From assembly GCA_963575745.1 (NCBI GenBank), contig CAUYUJ010000181.1, forward strand, positions 434,001 to 498,000: a stretch of 64,000 nt of DNA, in the 5' to 3' direction. Position 1 is the stretch's first letter, and the number at the start of each line of letters is the position of its first letter. Both the position numbers and the translations under genes were made by a program. A model generated the notes under the pieces. The model was not told the origin of the DNA and searched no databases. It saw nothing but the letters and a program-made list of their open reading frames with translations. Positions 37,429 through 50,954 of this stretch are shown in pieces. This stretch comes from Prorocentrum cordatum (lineage: Eukaryota).

Positions 37429-39939
37429 CTTGGACCTTGCAAGTGGGCAGCGTGTCGCGCCGAAGCGTGGTGGGCGGCTAGGGCCGACGCCGCGGCACGC
37501 TACTTGAGCAAGAGTTACCGACCGTGGGACGTCAAATGTTGCGCGGTGGCTGGCACTTGGCTTGCCCAACCCCGGCCCGCAGCCGCAGCCTCAGCCGCAG
37601 CAACTCCATTCCCTATCCCTCCCTCCGCCTCCGCCTCCGCCTCCGCCTCCGCCTCCGCCTTCGCCTCCTCGACCTCCTCGACCTCCTCCTCCTCCTCCTC
37701 CTCCTCCGCCTCCGCCTCCTCCTCCTCCTCCTCCGCCTCCTCCTCCGCCGAGCAGTGTGACCCTCGCCGCGCCGCGCTCGTGGCCGCGGGCCCCGCGGGC
37801 CCCTCGGGTCCCTTCCTCCCCGTGCCCCTCCTCTGCCGCCCTCCTCTGCGTCCACCTCGCCGCCCTCCTCCTCCCCTGCCCCCTCCCCCCCTCCACTGCC
37901 CTGCTCCTGCTGATGCTGCTTCCCCATCCCTCCACCTCCTCTTCCTCCCCCTCTTCTCCTTCCGCCTCTACTTCCTCCCCCTCCTCTCCTTCCGCCTCTA
38001 CTTCCTCACCCTCCTCCTCCTCCTCCTCCTCCTCCTCCTCCTCCTCCTCCTCCTCCTCCTCCTGCTTAACGTTGACCAAACCTGAATTCTACGATTGTGG
38101 CGTTCTTCCTCCTCCTCCCCCTCCTCCTCCTCCTCCTTCTCATCCTTCTCATCCTGCTTCTCCTCCTCCTCCGCCTCCTCCTCCTCCTCCCTTTCCTTCT
38201 CCTCTTCTCCGGAGGACCGGGCAAGCTCCGCAGCGGGCGCGGCGTGTCCCGGGGACGCCAGAAGGGGGACGACCCCCGGGCACCCTCGCCCTCGCCGCCG
38301 GGTCGCAGCAGGCCGTGCGCTGGTGTGCAGCAAAGTAAGGGGCCGAACTCTAGACACCGATGCCTCTTACCGGCCCCGCACGGAAGCTCGTACAAGAAAG
38401 CGGATCCTGGTGTGTACACGGGATCCTGTATATCTTTTTCGCTGTTTCTCCCGGAAAACGGGGAAGCAAATGTACACCACACCACCCCGACCTCGCCCCC
38501 GGCCCTGAAAGTCCTGGGATTGAGACACAGCCCGCCACTAGTAATGCATATGCTCCGATTTCCGACAAAAGCAATCTTGGCCCTCCACCGCAGGGCCGCT
38601 CTGGCGTGGGCCCAGTGGCCGATGTCGGCAGAGCTCAGACCCCCGACGTCGTGAACACGAAGGCCTTGAAAGGACCCGACCCTTTCCGCGGGACTGGCTT
38701 CTCATCCTGCGCCGTGTTTGCCGGCGCCGTGGCCCGGGCAGCCCCCCCCTCGGGCCGAACGTTGCAACAGCGCGCATCCACAAGTCCCGCCGTACAGTCG
38801 GGTCGCTGAAGAAGGAACCCTTTTCGTTGGGGAGAGAGCGGAGTTCCTTATTGTTTCGCAGCCTGCCTTAGGTTTTCCTTAGGTTTTCGATCTGAGATCA
38901 AAGTTGAACTTTTGGAAAATAGGGGCCTCGTTCCTTGTTGAGGGTTCCTTTGGTCAACGCCCCGACTGTAACTGTTGACGCGGCGCGCGGCGGTCTTCGG
39001 GCCCTAGCTCGGGCCCTGGGCCGCCGCTCGGGACGACCCGGGCGTCCCCAGAGCGCTCTCGGCGAGGCTCCGCGGCCGGACAGCGCTCCGAGGCGGGAAA
39101 AATGCTGAGGACCGACGACCACGTGCGAGAACTCAACGCTGCCCCTGGGCGTTCCCAGAAGAAGAAGAAGAAGAAGAAGAAAAAGAAGAAGAAGAAGAAG
39201 AAGAAACGGCATGAACATAACTATTCGCCAGTCCGCGCGGATTTCTCGGATCTGCGTTGGACCCCCTCCCTGGCGCGCGGATCGCGCCAGGGGCGGCGCT
39301 GGAGGCGCCGCCGGGGGGCCCCAGCGCGGGTCCAAGAAATCCGCGCGGAGCCCCAAAAGTTTATGTGTATGGCGGTTGTTTCTTCCTCGACTGGCGTTGC
39401 CCCTGGGCGTTCCCGCCTGAGCCTACAGAGGGGCCCGACCACAAGAAACCTTCCACAAGAAACCCAACTCCGAGACCCCAGGGCGTCCATCGATTTTGGA
39501 TGTGGGAGCGTCACGATTTCCACAACAAAACCATCGAACCCCAAGAAGCCCAGGGCATGTTAGCGTTTTCTTATTCAGCGTTTCGACATTGAGCGAAGAG
39601 GGGGGGGAGGGGGGGGGGTCTGGCTCTGGACCTCTGCTTAATGCGACTGTTTGGAACCGTGCGTCCTATGGGGGAGACCCCACCTGCTCGAAACAGGCGC
39701 CCAAAACAGCCAAGATCTACTCCATGGAGGGGGCGGGGGTGCGAGGGCCCGCGCCGATCGGCAAAACAATGAAGAAAAAACGATCACCATCCTGGAGGCA
39801 TGCAGGGTGTTTCTTGGTGTAACGTTGCCCCGGGGCGTTCCCCCCTGAGCCTACCCTTGAGCAGGGACCGACCGTCCTGGCACTCCTACAGGCCTACCGC
39901 TGCTTGATACCCCGTCCCTTCGGAGCAGCGCGCGGGAGC

Positions 39940-40019
39940 CTCTCGTCCCAGTGCCGGAGGTCGGCCAAAGCGCGCGCGGCCCTCGAGAGGTGGTGGGGCG
40001 CCACGTCCCCGATCCTCTC
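39940..40019 (-). CDS. Exon of helical-repeat gene (ERIGDVAPHHLSRAARALADLRHWDE)
   Basis: Acceptor CCGCAG|G, donor AG|GC (phase 2). The peptide has the P-x-x-L-S-x-x-x-x-A-L-A-x-L repeat pattern. The link to the 32.8 kb exon is unresolved; a small exon is probably missed. Confidence 0.75.
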
Positions 40020-41188
40020 CTGCGGGGGACCGGCCTCGAGCTCACCCCTCCTCCTCCTCATCGTAACTCGGGCGTGTCCCTCTACAGAAGGAATAATCAA
40101 AAGAAACAAAATAATACGGGGACGATTTGTTCCACTATCTTTAACTATGTGGGAAAATGTTTAAACTATTTTGAAATTGTCCTTTTCAATCCGCCAGTAG
40201 GAGGACACGCCCGACCTAATCCTCCTACTCGTTCTCCTCCTCCGCCTCCTCCGGTTCCGCCTCCGCCTACGCCTCCGCCTCCGCCTGCGCCTCCTCGTCC
40301 TCATCCTCCTCCTCCTCCTCCTCCTCCTCCTCCGCCTCATCCTCCTCTCCGCCTCGACCTCCTCCTCCTCCGCCTCCTCCTCCTACTCGGCCTCCTCCTC
40401 CTTCTCCTTCGCCTCCTCCTCCTCCGCCTCCTCCTCCTCCTCGTCCTCCTCCGCCTCCGCCTCCGCCTCCGCCTCCACCTCCTCCTCCTCCGCCTCCCCC
40501 AGAGATGGACAAGCGCAAGTCGATGACGATCTCCTCGACATACCCTTGCAAAACTGGGGGGGGGCCTCGAGATCGGCATCGACGTGAGGCGATACCAGAG
40601 AACCAGAAGGGTAGGGATGCGTGCCCCAGGCTGATGAGACAGAGGGGGCCCCTGGGAAACCAAACAAGAGGAGGGGATGACCTGGCTCCAGCCGGCTGCT
40701 TCCTCGGGGAGGAACGTCTCAAACCGAAGGCCAAGCTGACCGAATCCTTTCTGGCTCGATTGCGGCAGCTTCCTGTCGTGACGACCTGCGCGCTGGATTC
40801 CGGCACCGCGTGGATCGCTCCACCTTGAGAGCGATCGCGGCGGCTTTCCGATGGCGTCCACCAGTATATATATATACATATATATATATATATCGGCTGG
40901 TCAATTACGCCCGCGCTGGCATCGCCGCCGCGTCGACACGGCACGAGCTCACCGTGCGCACGGCCTCCAGACGACCCCAACCGCCGACCCTTCGTCAGTG
41001 GTACCACTGGACAATTACTTTGGGGCCTATAACTCGAGAGTCCACGATGGGGGGGCGCGCCTCCTCCTCAAGAGGGTGCGTCTGGATAGCCCCCGGGGTG
41101 CGTGCCCCCGAATTACGCTTGCTCTTTTTATCGGCCGGCTTGGGGGGGTACTTGGGGGATTTGGGGAGAGAGAGAGAGAGAGAGAGAG

Positions 41189-41225
<37 letters not shown>

Positions 41226-41299
41226 AGAGAGAGAGAGAGAGAGATCGCCACCGATCTTGCGGGCAAGATTAACCTGCCCGTCCGTTGCGCCTCGGGTTT

Positions 41300-43340
41300 T
41301 CGGAGCCTCTTCCCATTGAAACATCAGTCTCCCGCGTGAATCGAGAGGAAGTCTCAAGCGATAGCGTGATTCCCAAGTAACTCGTGAGGAAGTCCCGATC
41401 GAGAGCGTAAGTCCTGAGTTTCGAGGGTGCGGCGTCTGAACAAATTGCGACGAAGTCCAACGCGAGAGCACGAATCCTGGGTGCATTGCGGGGACGTGCT
41501 GTGCGGGAGCGCGATTCGTCCCTGAATTGTGGGCACGTATCAGGCGTAAGCCGTTGTTGTAGTAAAGCGAGGGGCAAAAGCCAGATTTGGAAATTCAAGA
41601 TTTGCCCTTGTAGAGGCCAAAGAGGGACACTTCAATTGAAAAACAAATGATACTGGAGGGGAGGTCAACAACAATTTGTCAGCAGAGATGACAATTCAAC
41701 GACAATACCAGCAATTCAGTATCTTACTACTGTTCGGTCTTAACTGCTCGCGCACCAATCAATCAACATGTACATATCAAGCCCTCGATACCCACCCTCT
41801 TCGCCTCCGATCGTGCAACCCTTGGGGGTATCTCCTTGACCTGCCACGTGTAGGTAGTTGGTGCAACCTTTGAACGCGGAAGGATGAGGGGGGGGCGGCA
41901 GAAGCAGATGGCGAGGAGGCAGGGAGTGCGAGCCGGGAGGGCCGAGGGAGGGGGCAAGGGGGCAGGGAGAAGGATGGAGCACGAGGGAGGAGGAGGAGGA
42001 GGAGGAGGAGGAGGAGGAGGAGGAGGAGGGGGAGGAGGAGGAGGAGGAGGAGGAGGAGGAGGAGGAGGAGGAGGAGGACGAGGGAGGAGGAGGAGGGAGG
42101 AGGAGGAGGAGGAGGATAAAAAAAAGCGGCAGGGCAACGGGGCGGGTCGGCGGGGCGGGACCTGGCGGGCTGTGTTGGGCGGACGGGCCCTCCATCAGGC
42201 GGGTCGCTGAGCTGTCAGTCCTGCACGGATCGCGGGGGGGAGTGCCAGGGATAAAGGCGATCCCCAGGGGAATCGTGAGGATGCCCAGAGCGAGAGCAGG
42301 ATGCCCGAGTGTCGAGGCTGCGGCGTTTGGAGTAGATTGCGAGGCCGTCCCGCTCGAGAGGGCGATTTGTGGGTGAATTGAAAGAGGTCCTGAGAGAGAG
42401 CGCGAACTCTTCAATCAATTGTGAGGAAGCGCAAGGTGGGAGCCGTTGTCGTAGTAGTCCGGGGCCAACGGCGCAGTTTGGAGACTCACGATTTTCTGTT
42501 AAGAAGTGCGAGCCCAGGGAGGCGCAATCCAATTGAAAAAACAGACGGTGCACCAGACGGGGGGGTCAACAAGTATTATCCTTCAGAAATGAAAGTTCAA
42601 CGGCAATCAGTTTAACTATGTTCGCTCTTATCTCCTCGTTTGCCATTAACATGTATCTCCCGCACTCTGGGTACCCGCCTTCTTCGTCTCCGATCGTAGC
42701 CCCCTTGGGAGTGTACCTTCTTTACCTGCCACGCGTAGTTGGCGCAAGCAATAAAACAGGGGGAGGGAGAGAGGAGGGAAGGGACAAGGGGGAAAGGGAG
42801 AAGGATGGAGCACGAGAGAGACTAGCAAGAAGAGAGCCAGAAGCAGGAAAATAAGCAGCAAATCAAGATGGACGGGCCGGGCGGGCGGACCCTAGCGGGT
42901 GTCGGGCGGGCAAGCCCAATCGGCGGGGTCGAGCGGGCGGGTCGCTCAAACGTCAGTCCTGCATGAATCGCAAGAAACTTTAAAGCGATAGCGCGATTCC
43001 TATGTGAGTCGTGAGAGGGTCCAGCGCGAGAGCGTGATTCCTGCTGTGTCGTAGGCGCGGCGTTTCCATATTCTGAAGAAGTCCAACGCGAGAGCGCGAT
43101 TCCTGCACGAACTATGCGGAAGTCCCGCGCGAGAGCGCGATCTTGAACCATTTGTGAGGACGCACCGTGCGGGAGCCGTTGTTGTTGCAGCTCGGGGGCC
43201 AGGGGCCCAGTCTGAGGCGCAAGACATTTTCTCTTGTAGAAAACAAGGGTGCGAGCCCCAGGAGGAGCACTTCAATCGGAGCTCAATAACATTCATCTTA
43301 CCATATTGTTCAAATATGCAGCATGCATTCATGATGCTAA
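41300..43340 (+). repeat. Old, diverged tandem triplication of a block of about 0.7-0.9 kb
   Basis: Recurrent GCCGTTGT.GT.G (41550, 42442, 43174), TCAAT.G/CCAATTGAAAAA, CTCCGATCGT...CCTTGGG...ACCTGCCACG.GTAG (41805, 42688) and GTCAGTCCTGCA (42214, 42952). Confidence 0.7.
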
Positions 43341-44583
43341 CTCCCCCGTCCAAGGGGGGATTATTCCATGCACCTGGGGGCTGTTTTGCCCATATCTCTC
43401 GTCCGAAACTGTTTTGCGAACGCCTGTGACGAATACTCGGGGCCTCATTTGGCCCGGCTTGGGGCGCCCGCGGAAATTTATTGGCGCCTCTTCGGGGCCC
43501 GGGTGGAGCCTCTGCAAGAGCCTTTTCGGAACCCTCCTGGGGCCGCCAGGAAGCCCTCCAGAGGCGATGCCGAAAGAAGGGCACCACTCTTGAGTTAAAA
43601 GAAAAGAAGTATCGACCCGAACCGACGTTGATGTAGGGGGTCGGTTTGTGGCGCCAAGGCACGCGCGCCATTCCCGAGCAAAGAGCGAAGGACTAACAAG
43701 CGGGAGCGCTGATCTTGTTGAGGGGCTAGTCTTCGGCGGGGAGCAAGGGCTCCACTCTTGAGTTAAATTGTAGGGAAATATCGAGCGGGAGAGCCGCTGT
43801 TGTAGAGGGACCTGTTTGCGGACATAAAGCGCAACTGCCACTCTTGAGTTAACGGGCGAAGAACGGTATAAAATAAACTTTTTCGCTGTCGGGGGCGCCT
43901 GTCCCTGGGCGGCTGGAAAGTTTATACCCTTTATGGTTGCACCGTAGGGGTATAAACTTTCCAGCCGCCCAAGGACAGGCGCCCCCGACAGCGAAGAAGT
44001 GTATTTTATACCGTTCTTCGCTCGCTGATTGAGTACCTACCGATCGGGAGCGAGCATTTTTTTTCGAGCGCCGATTCTTGGCGGCGAGCAAGAACGCCAG
44101 TCTTGAGTAAAAAGCGAGGGGGTATCGAGTGAACGCCGCTCCCAGCAAAAAGTGTTGAAGTGATTATGGAGCGGGAGCCCTGTTGTTGTTTGGGGCGGGC
44201 GCAGAACGCTTGAGCGTGAGCCTCCACTTCAAAGTGCATGCATCCAGCATCCAGGCGATAGCGCCAGAGCGGATAGAGGGGGACCAGCAGTCAGAATCTC
44301 AGTGGACGAATTGACAAACAACAGACAGCAAACACCAAACAAGCCCGATCAACTCTGATAATAGAGGAACAAAAAGTGGCATAAACATGAAAACTCGGAG
44401 GTCCGCGCGGATTTCTCGGATCGGCGCTGGGGCCCCCCGGCGGCGCCTCCGGCGCCGCCCTTGGCGCGCTCCGCGCGCCAGGGAGGGGGGTCCAGCGCCG
44501 ATCCGAGAAATCTGTGCGGACCTCCGAGTGTTTATGCTTATGTCACTTCTTGCTCCCCTGGATGAATCTGCTCCGCAGGTCGC

Positions 44584-44687
44584 CTGCAGCTCGCCGAACA
44601 GACCCTGCACCAGCGGCGAGAGCGAGCCGCCGCGCGTGCCGGCGGTGGAGTACGGCACGGCGGCGCACGCGAGGATCACGAGCTCCT
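44584..44687 (-). CDS. Exon of helical-repeat gene (ELVILACAAVPYSTAGTRGGSLSPLVQGLFGELQ)
   Basis: Acceptor CCCCAG| at 44687 (or GAG|G at 44685). Donor CAG|GC in phase 0; joins the next exon as FGELQ-ERIGDVAP. Confidence 0.72.
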
Positions 44688-47120
44688 CTGGGGCATGCAG
44701 GCGGCCCCGAGATCTGGGCGCTGCAGTTTGTTCGCTCCTCCTCCTCCTCCTCCTCCTCCTCCTCCTCCCTCCTCTCCTCTCCTCCTCCTCCTCTCCTCCT
44801 CCTCCTCCTCCTCCTCCTCCTCCTCCTCCTCCTCCTCCTCCTCCTCCCTCCCCTCCTCCCCCTCCCCCCCTCCCCCTCCCCCTCCCCCTCCCCCTCCCCT
44901 CCCCCCCCCCCCCCCTCCCCTCCGCCTCCCTCCGGGCCCAGGGAACATGACAGATCGCTCTGGCTCGAAAACACTAAGGTGAACGATAGAGGGGACCAGC
45001 TTAGAGGAGGGGAACATAAGCCTGGAATCGGCGATGCGTCGCCGGTAGATGGCCAATAAGCCCCGGATAGTAAATCCGCAAGGTCATGCGCAGGGCGGGC
45101 TATCGGGCCCCTATCGGCGATGAATGGGCGATTGAAGGTCGATGAATCAAATCCTCACCTTGCACCTATCCCCCCCCCCAAACGTTACATCTGAATGCTG
45201 CCAAAGAAAACTGGGGTCCGGGACTCCAGTCGAAGTTTTTAAGGAATTGCAATGTTTGGTGCGAGCGCGCCAAGGGGGGCCACCCTGGCTCAAAGTCCCA
45301 AAGACGTCTCCTCCCCCTCCCTTCCGTTCCACGTGCCTCAGCCTCCAGCTCGTCCTCCCCCTCCTCCGCCTCCTCCACTGCCGCCCTCCCCCATGTCCCC
45401 TCCCCTCCTGCCCCTCCTCTCATCCCTCCCGCCACTCCTCTCCTGCCTCCTCGTCCTTCTGATCCGCCAAAAGAGGAGGACGAGAGCGAGAGGAGATGAC
45501 GAAGAGGAGGGCGAAGAGAGGCAGAACTGAGGCAGGGACAGAGGGAGAGAGGGAGAGAGGGAGAGGGCGGGAGGGAAAGAGAGAGACAGAGAGAGAGATA
45601 TAGGACAGAAAAGGCAGAAAAGGACAATAATTGGAGGACAAAGAAGTGGAAAGAAGTGGTGAGGTCAGAAGACGAGGGAAGCGTGGGAGGGAAGGCGGAG
45701 GGAGAGTGGGAGAAAGAGATGGGGAAAACGAGCGAGGGAGAATTGGGACGGGAGCGAGGGAGACAGGCTGAAGGGAGCGAGGCACGGAACGAGAGGTGAA
45801 GAAGGGACGGACGTGGGAAGGTACCGGAGAAGCGCCATGGGGTGGGACGGCGGCGAGGATCGGAGCGAGTAAAGGACTGAAGGAAGCGAGGGACGGCGGA
45901 GGGGGGGAAACGATGCAGGGAAGGTGGAGAGGAGGGGGGGGAAGATGAGAGGGAAGGTGGAGGGAGGGGGGGGGGGGGGGGGAAAGCGGGAGGTGGAGAG
46001 GAGGGGGGGGGGAAGGTGAGGGGGAAGGTGGAGGGAGGGGGGGGGTGAGGGATGCTGGGAGTCAGGTGGAGGGGGGCAGGGGGCCCGACCGGCGGCCTGC
46101 GGATTGAACCAGCTGACGTGCCTGAGGGAGCGCACCACGAGCCGCAGGGCGCAGTCCTGGCCCGGTCGCCGAGACTTCGAGATGGCCGGAATGGCCAGTC
46201 GGGGCTTCCCTTTTCCTCCTCCCCCTCCTCCTCCTCCTCCTCCTCCTCCTCCTCCTCCTCCTTCTCCTCTTCACTCCCCCAATCCCCCTTTTCCTCCCCC
46301 CCCAGAGAGAGAGAGAGAGAGAGAGAACAAAAAAAAAGAGAGCGCATTTCAAGTTCGCTTTGTTTGGAGAATTCCCTGGAAAGGGGGTCTGGAAACCAAA
46401 GGCACTGCTTGCCCTCCCCCCCCCCCGCACCCCCCACCTCACCGCGCACCCCCCGCCGCAAGGACGGGAAGGGGGGTTCCAGACCACCACCGCCCCCCAG
46501 GGCGCAAGGGGGGAGGGGGGGAGTGGGGGTACCGAACACCCTCCCTGCCCAAACGCACGTAAAAAAACTACCTCGAATTGAAACAACAAACGACATGAGC
46601 ATGAACTTCCACACAGGTCCGCGTGGATTTCTGGGATCGGCGCTGGACACCCTCTCCCTGGCGCGCGGAGCGCGACAGGCGCAGCGACGTCCGGGGGCCC
46701 CCGGCACCGATCCAAGAAACCGCTGCGGCCTTCGAAATTTCACGGGTACCCAGACCTCCGACGTCGCGTTTCCTTCCGTAACGTCGACACCCAGGGACCT
46801 CGACCCATTCCTGGGACCAATCTTTCCTCCCGAGCCGTCGATTGACGGTCCCCAGGCCCCGTGAGGGCCCCCCAGATGCCGCAGATATGGGAAACATCTA
46901 CGAACGTGCTCCACTACTCGCAAAGTAGCTACTCGCAAATGGCCTGGATCCGCCGGGGGGGATTCACGACAAATCACGTCGAGGAGCACGTGTGCTTGTC
47001 GGACGCGTGCGAGTCCGTACTTTGCGAGTCGTGGAACGCGCTCGGTGAACGACGATTCTTGCCATGGCCCGACTTAAGCCTGGCTGGCATGCCCGTGGCA
47101 TCCTCTGGCCACCCCCCCGC

Positions 47121-47187
47121 GTGGGGGGAGCCCCTCTCGGGCCCCGCCCAGGGCCAGGGCGAGCCCCCCGAGGAGGCACGAGCTGAG
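47121..47187 (-). CDS. Exon of helical-repeat gene (LSSCLLGGLALALGGAREGLPP)
   Basis: Acceptor CCCAG|, GC donor in phase 1. Joining it to the next exon gives LPP-Q-ELVILA, an OPR-like PQEL motif. This frame is not listed in the ORF track. Confidence 0.6.
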
Positions 47188-48249
47188 CTGGGCGCCCGCC
47201 CCCCGTGCAGAAGCCGAAGCCGGGACGAGGACACGTCCGGGCGAGGATGACATCGAGAATCTCGGAGGAGCCAGGACGAGATCTGGACGGAGCCAGGACG
47301 TGCATTGAGACGAAGCCAGGACGATATCAAGAATCTCAGAGATCCGGCGAGGAGCGTTCCGAATCGCTCTGAGAGCGTTCAGGAACGCTCTGGAACGGAT
47401 GTATCCTCGTCCTAGCCCCGCCTGGCAGGCCCCGTCGGGTCATGAAAGAAAACATGATGAGAGATCTGTTCCCTATTTTCGGCCTCTGGGGGCCCTCACC
47501 ACCGTCAAGCAACGACTCCTGATGAAAAACCGTTATCGGGGAATGGGTCCCGAGCGCTGGGGGTCCACGTCATAACAAATTCATGACGTCGGGGCTCTGG
47601 GGAGGAGTGGGCCAATACCCAGCATTACGACTACCATGATGGTTTTTGCAGCAAGGGTTTTCCACATGGATTCAAGTTCCTTCCGTCAGGAGCGGAGTTC
47701 GCCGAGTATGAGTGGAGTGGCTGAATCGATCAAATGAAGGGGCCTTGGGACACACAAATCAACTACACAAATAACCGGATTCCCAATATTTTCACTTTTT
47801 TTGTGGTTTTTGTCTTCCCCCCACTTCCCATATTTTCCAATATTTTCCGGGGAATCGACGATTAATTCTGTCTGTGTGTTTTCTTCCCTCCTGATCCAGG
47901 CCCTGCACATCCCCGAACGGTCCCGACATGTGCAGTTATCCCGCCTGCGCAGTGATCACATACCTCGTTAACGCAAGGTGGGAACCACACATACGCCATC
48001 ACACTGGACACGCTGTGCCAGGGGCCCCGGGCCCCCCCATAAAAAGAAACTAGAAAACCAACCGAGTTTGGTTTTTTGTTCCGGTGGTTTCCCCCCCCCT
48101 GGAGCCTGGGGTGGCCGGAGAACCCCTGAAGCACCTTTGGAACAGCCCGAGTTGGGTTTTTGGGGATGGGGTCTGGTGGTTTTCGCGGGGGGGTTCAGAA
48201 GGAACCCTCTGAACAAAAAAACGAACAACCCGCGAGCTGGGGGGTTGAG

Positions 48250-49310
48250 GACATGATTCGGTCGACTGGATCTTTGACGATGCCATGATCGACACCACAC
48301 AAGTAGACACATCAGTCTTAAATGTTGATTTCAAGCAGTCTTTGGAAGGAGGCCTCTGGGAGCAGGCAGCCAGAAAAGGTTTTGCGGAGAAGGGCCAGAG
48401 TGTGGAGCTGACAGCGCGTCGATATGCATGTTCATTGCTAAACTCTGTGAGTTGCCACATAGAGCTCCGTTGTCCAAGCTCATGCTCTGACTGTCGTCGC
48501 TGGAGGGTGCTGGACACGACAACGAAAGTTCGAATGTGGTGCTTGTGACCCCCCCAACTGCCAGAGGTGCAAGCAGGAGTCTGAAACATTAAAACGTCGA
48601 GTCTAGCTTCGTTCGGCAAATCACGGTGCTAAAGCTTTCAGCTTCATTGACGAGCTGGCCCCAGAGGCGCTGGCACAGCCCGACGCTGATCCGAGCGATT
48701 GGCTCCGCGGCATGATATCTGCACCATGGACGTGGACATCAGCACCAGCATCAGTCGAGCAGACAGTGACCACTGGGTCCAACAGTGATGTCTTGACTCC
48801 AGGTACGTTGGGAACAAGCTCGGTGCAAACGCATCTCTATCTCTCTCTCTCTCTGGGGACACGTCGGGAGGCAAGGACAGCCGTGACTCCTCTCTTCGGC
48901 GGGTAGGCGTCGGGGTCACGGTTATCTCAGACGTTCAGTTGTCAGGTCGGTACCACTGCCATAGGCACACCCACGGGCAGAATCCAAGCGATCCCAAAGG
49001 GCGAGGCCGTTCGAGGATCCCTGAGCGCCACTTACGTGACCGACAACGGAGCAGTTTGCAAAGGTTGGCACAGTGAGTACTAGTTGTCATGTTCATGAGG
49101 GTTGAACGCACGTTGGAAAGAAATGGGCAAGCATTCCGAGACATCAGATCCCGCAGAGCTTGATGTGCTGCAGATTCCCTCACACACTTTTCTCCCGAGA
49201 TGGCCGCCCAGAAGACGCATCAGGACTGGATGCCTGTTGGGAACGGAGAACTGGTGATGCGCCCTGCAGCTGGCGCAGCAGAGAGGCACATAATCAGTGC
49301 ATAGGCTCGA
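48250..49310 (+). pseudogene. Highly decayed non-LTR retrotransposon fragment (pre-RNase H region and RNase H)
   Basis: Residual peptides LWEQAARK, DWLRGMISAPW, SGDTSGGKDSRDSSLRRVGVGV (similar to the DGS...RRAGWG start of RNase H in the other copies) and LQIPSH. Many stops and frameshifts. Confidence 0.5.
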
Positions 49311-49730
49311 GAGAGAATGTGCAGCATTGAACATGTTTTTGCATAAAAACAAAACAAAAATAGGCATAAACTTCTGGCGCTCCGTGCGGATTTCGTGGAT
49401 CTGCGCTGGAACCCCCTGCGCGGAGCACGCCAGGCCGCCAGAGGCGGCGCCAGAGGCGCCGCCTGGGGGCCGCCTGGGGGCCCCAGCGCAGATCCACGAA
49501 ATCCACGCGGAGCGCCAAAAGTTTATGTTCATGGTGTTTTTGTTCCTTCCTCGACGTGGAAAACGTAAATGAGGACTGATCAGGAAGCGGCTGCCTTGGG
49601 CCACTCTCGAGGCGGCCCGCCGCGGAACACAACACTGCTCGGCGCGAAGCCCGCATCTCTGGTGCTCAGGCCGCGGAGGAGGCTGTTGCCGCTCTGGCCT
49701 CCCCCCGTACGTCGTCGGCCTCGTCGTCGT

Positions 49731-49762
<32 letters not shown>

Positions 49763-50860
49763 GCGGCGTCGTCGTCTCGTGTTCCTCGCGCTCCCATCGT
49801 GGCCGCACTGTGTGGCACGTCCCACGTCATGAGAGCAAGCGTGGTCTCGGCTGCTTGAGCCGCGCAGGCAGCGTTCTGCCGCAGCTCGGCCCTCGTGCCT
49901 CACGCCGGCCTGAGGGAATCGGGCTGCAGTTCTGCCGGGGGGGTGGGCGCATGAACTCATAGCTAGCAGCACCATGACGATTGAGGGGCCCGGTTGTGGG
50001 ACGTGCGGTTTCTGTTCTGCTGATCTTCGGGCTGAGCTGCCCTGGTCGTGTTCCAAGCCCCTGCGTGATAACGAGGAGAGAGTACCTAGCGTATCAGTGA
50101 TCGGTTTTCTCCGAATGCCAGAGATATGCTGTGAATGCAGTGCCCTTTAGTTTTGATCTTTCTTATGACACCGTCATGTTGCTATTCCTATTCCTATTCC
50201 TGACATTCACCTCCGCATCTCTCTCCCATTCCTCCTTCTCCTCCTTCTCCTCCTCTTCCACCTCCTCCTCCTCCTCCTCCTACAACTCCTCACCCTCCTC
50301 ATCACCATCACCCTCACCACTTCTTCCCCCTTCCCCCCACCTCCGCATCCATGACCATGACCCATCGCATCCCCCTCCTCGCTCGCCCCCTCCCCTCCCG
50401 TGCTCCGCCCCCCGAGGCCTTCTGGGAGGCACCCTCTGGCCCGAGCTGGGGCCCCCCGCCGCGAGGCAGTGCTGGGCCGTGCCGCCCTGCCCGCATCCCT
50501 CGACCCGCTCCCCTAATTGCTCTCCGCATCCCGGCCCTTCGGGGGCGCCCTCGTCGCTGCGCTCTGGCAGGGCGCGGCTCGCACGGCTGCCCCGGGTTCG
50601 CCCCCGTCCTCCGCCCCCTTCCTCGCACGACGCCGCCGCCGCCGGCGTGCTCCGCCCCCCCCCCTCCCAAAAAAAGAAGCAAGCGCGAGGAGCCGCGAAA
50701 ACCCGCACCGACCCCGACAAAACACTTCCACGCCGCGGCCCGCCGGCTCCGCCTGGGCCGACGTGCCCACCGCCGCTCGACGCTCGACGCTCGACGATCG
50801 ACGCCGACGACGGCGACCTCCGCTGGCACGGCCACGCTGCAGCTGCGGGCAGGCCCGGTC

Positions 50861-50954
50861 CTCCTCGAGCCAGCCCACCCGGCCGCCGTCGGGGCGCAGC
50901 CGGGAGAGCCCTCCGAGGGTGTGCGCGAGGGCGGCTGGGGAGAGGTCCTTGTGC
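50861..50954 (-). CDS. Exon of helical-repeat gene (HKDLSPAALAHTLGGLSRLRPDGGRVGWLEE)
   Basis: Acceptor TGTCAG|G, phase-compatible with the previous exon (VSH-R-HKDLSPAALAHTL). Probable donor GAG|GA at 50861; alternative downstream donors exist. Confidence 0.75.
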
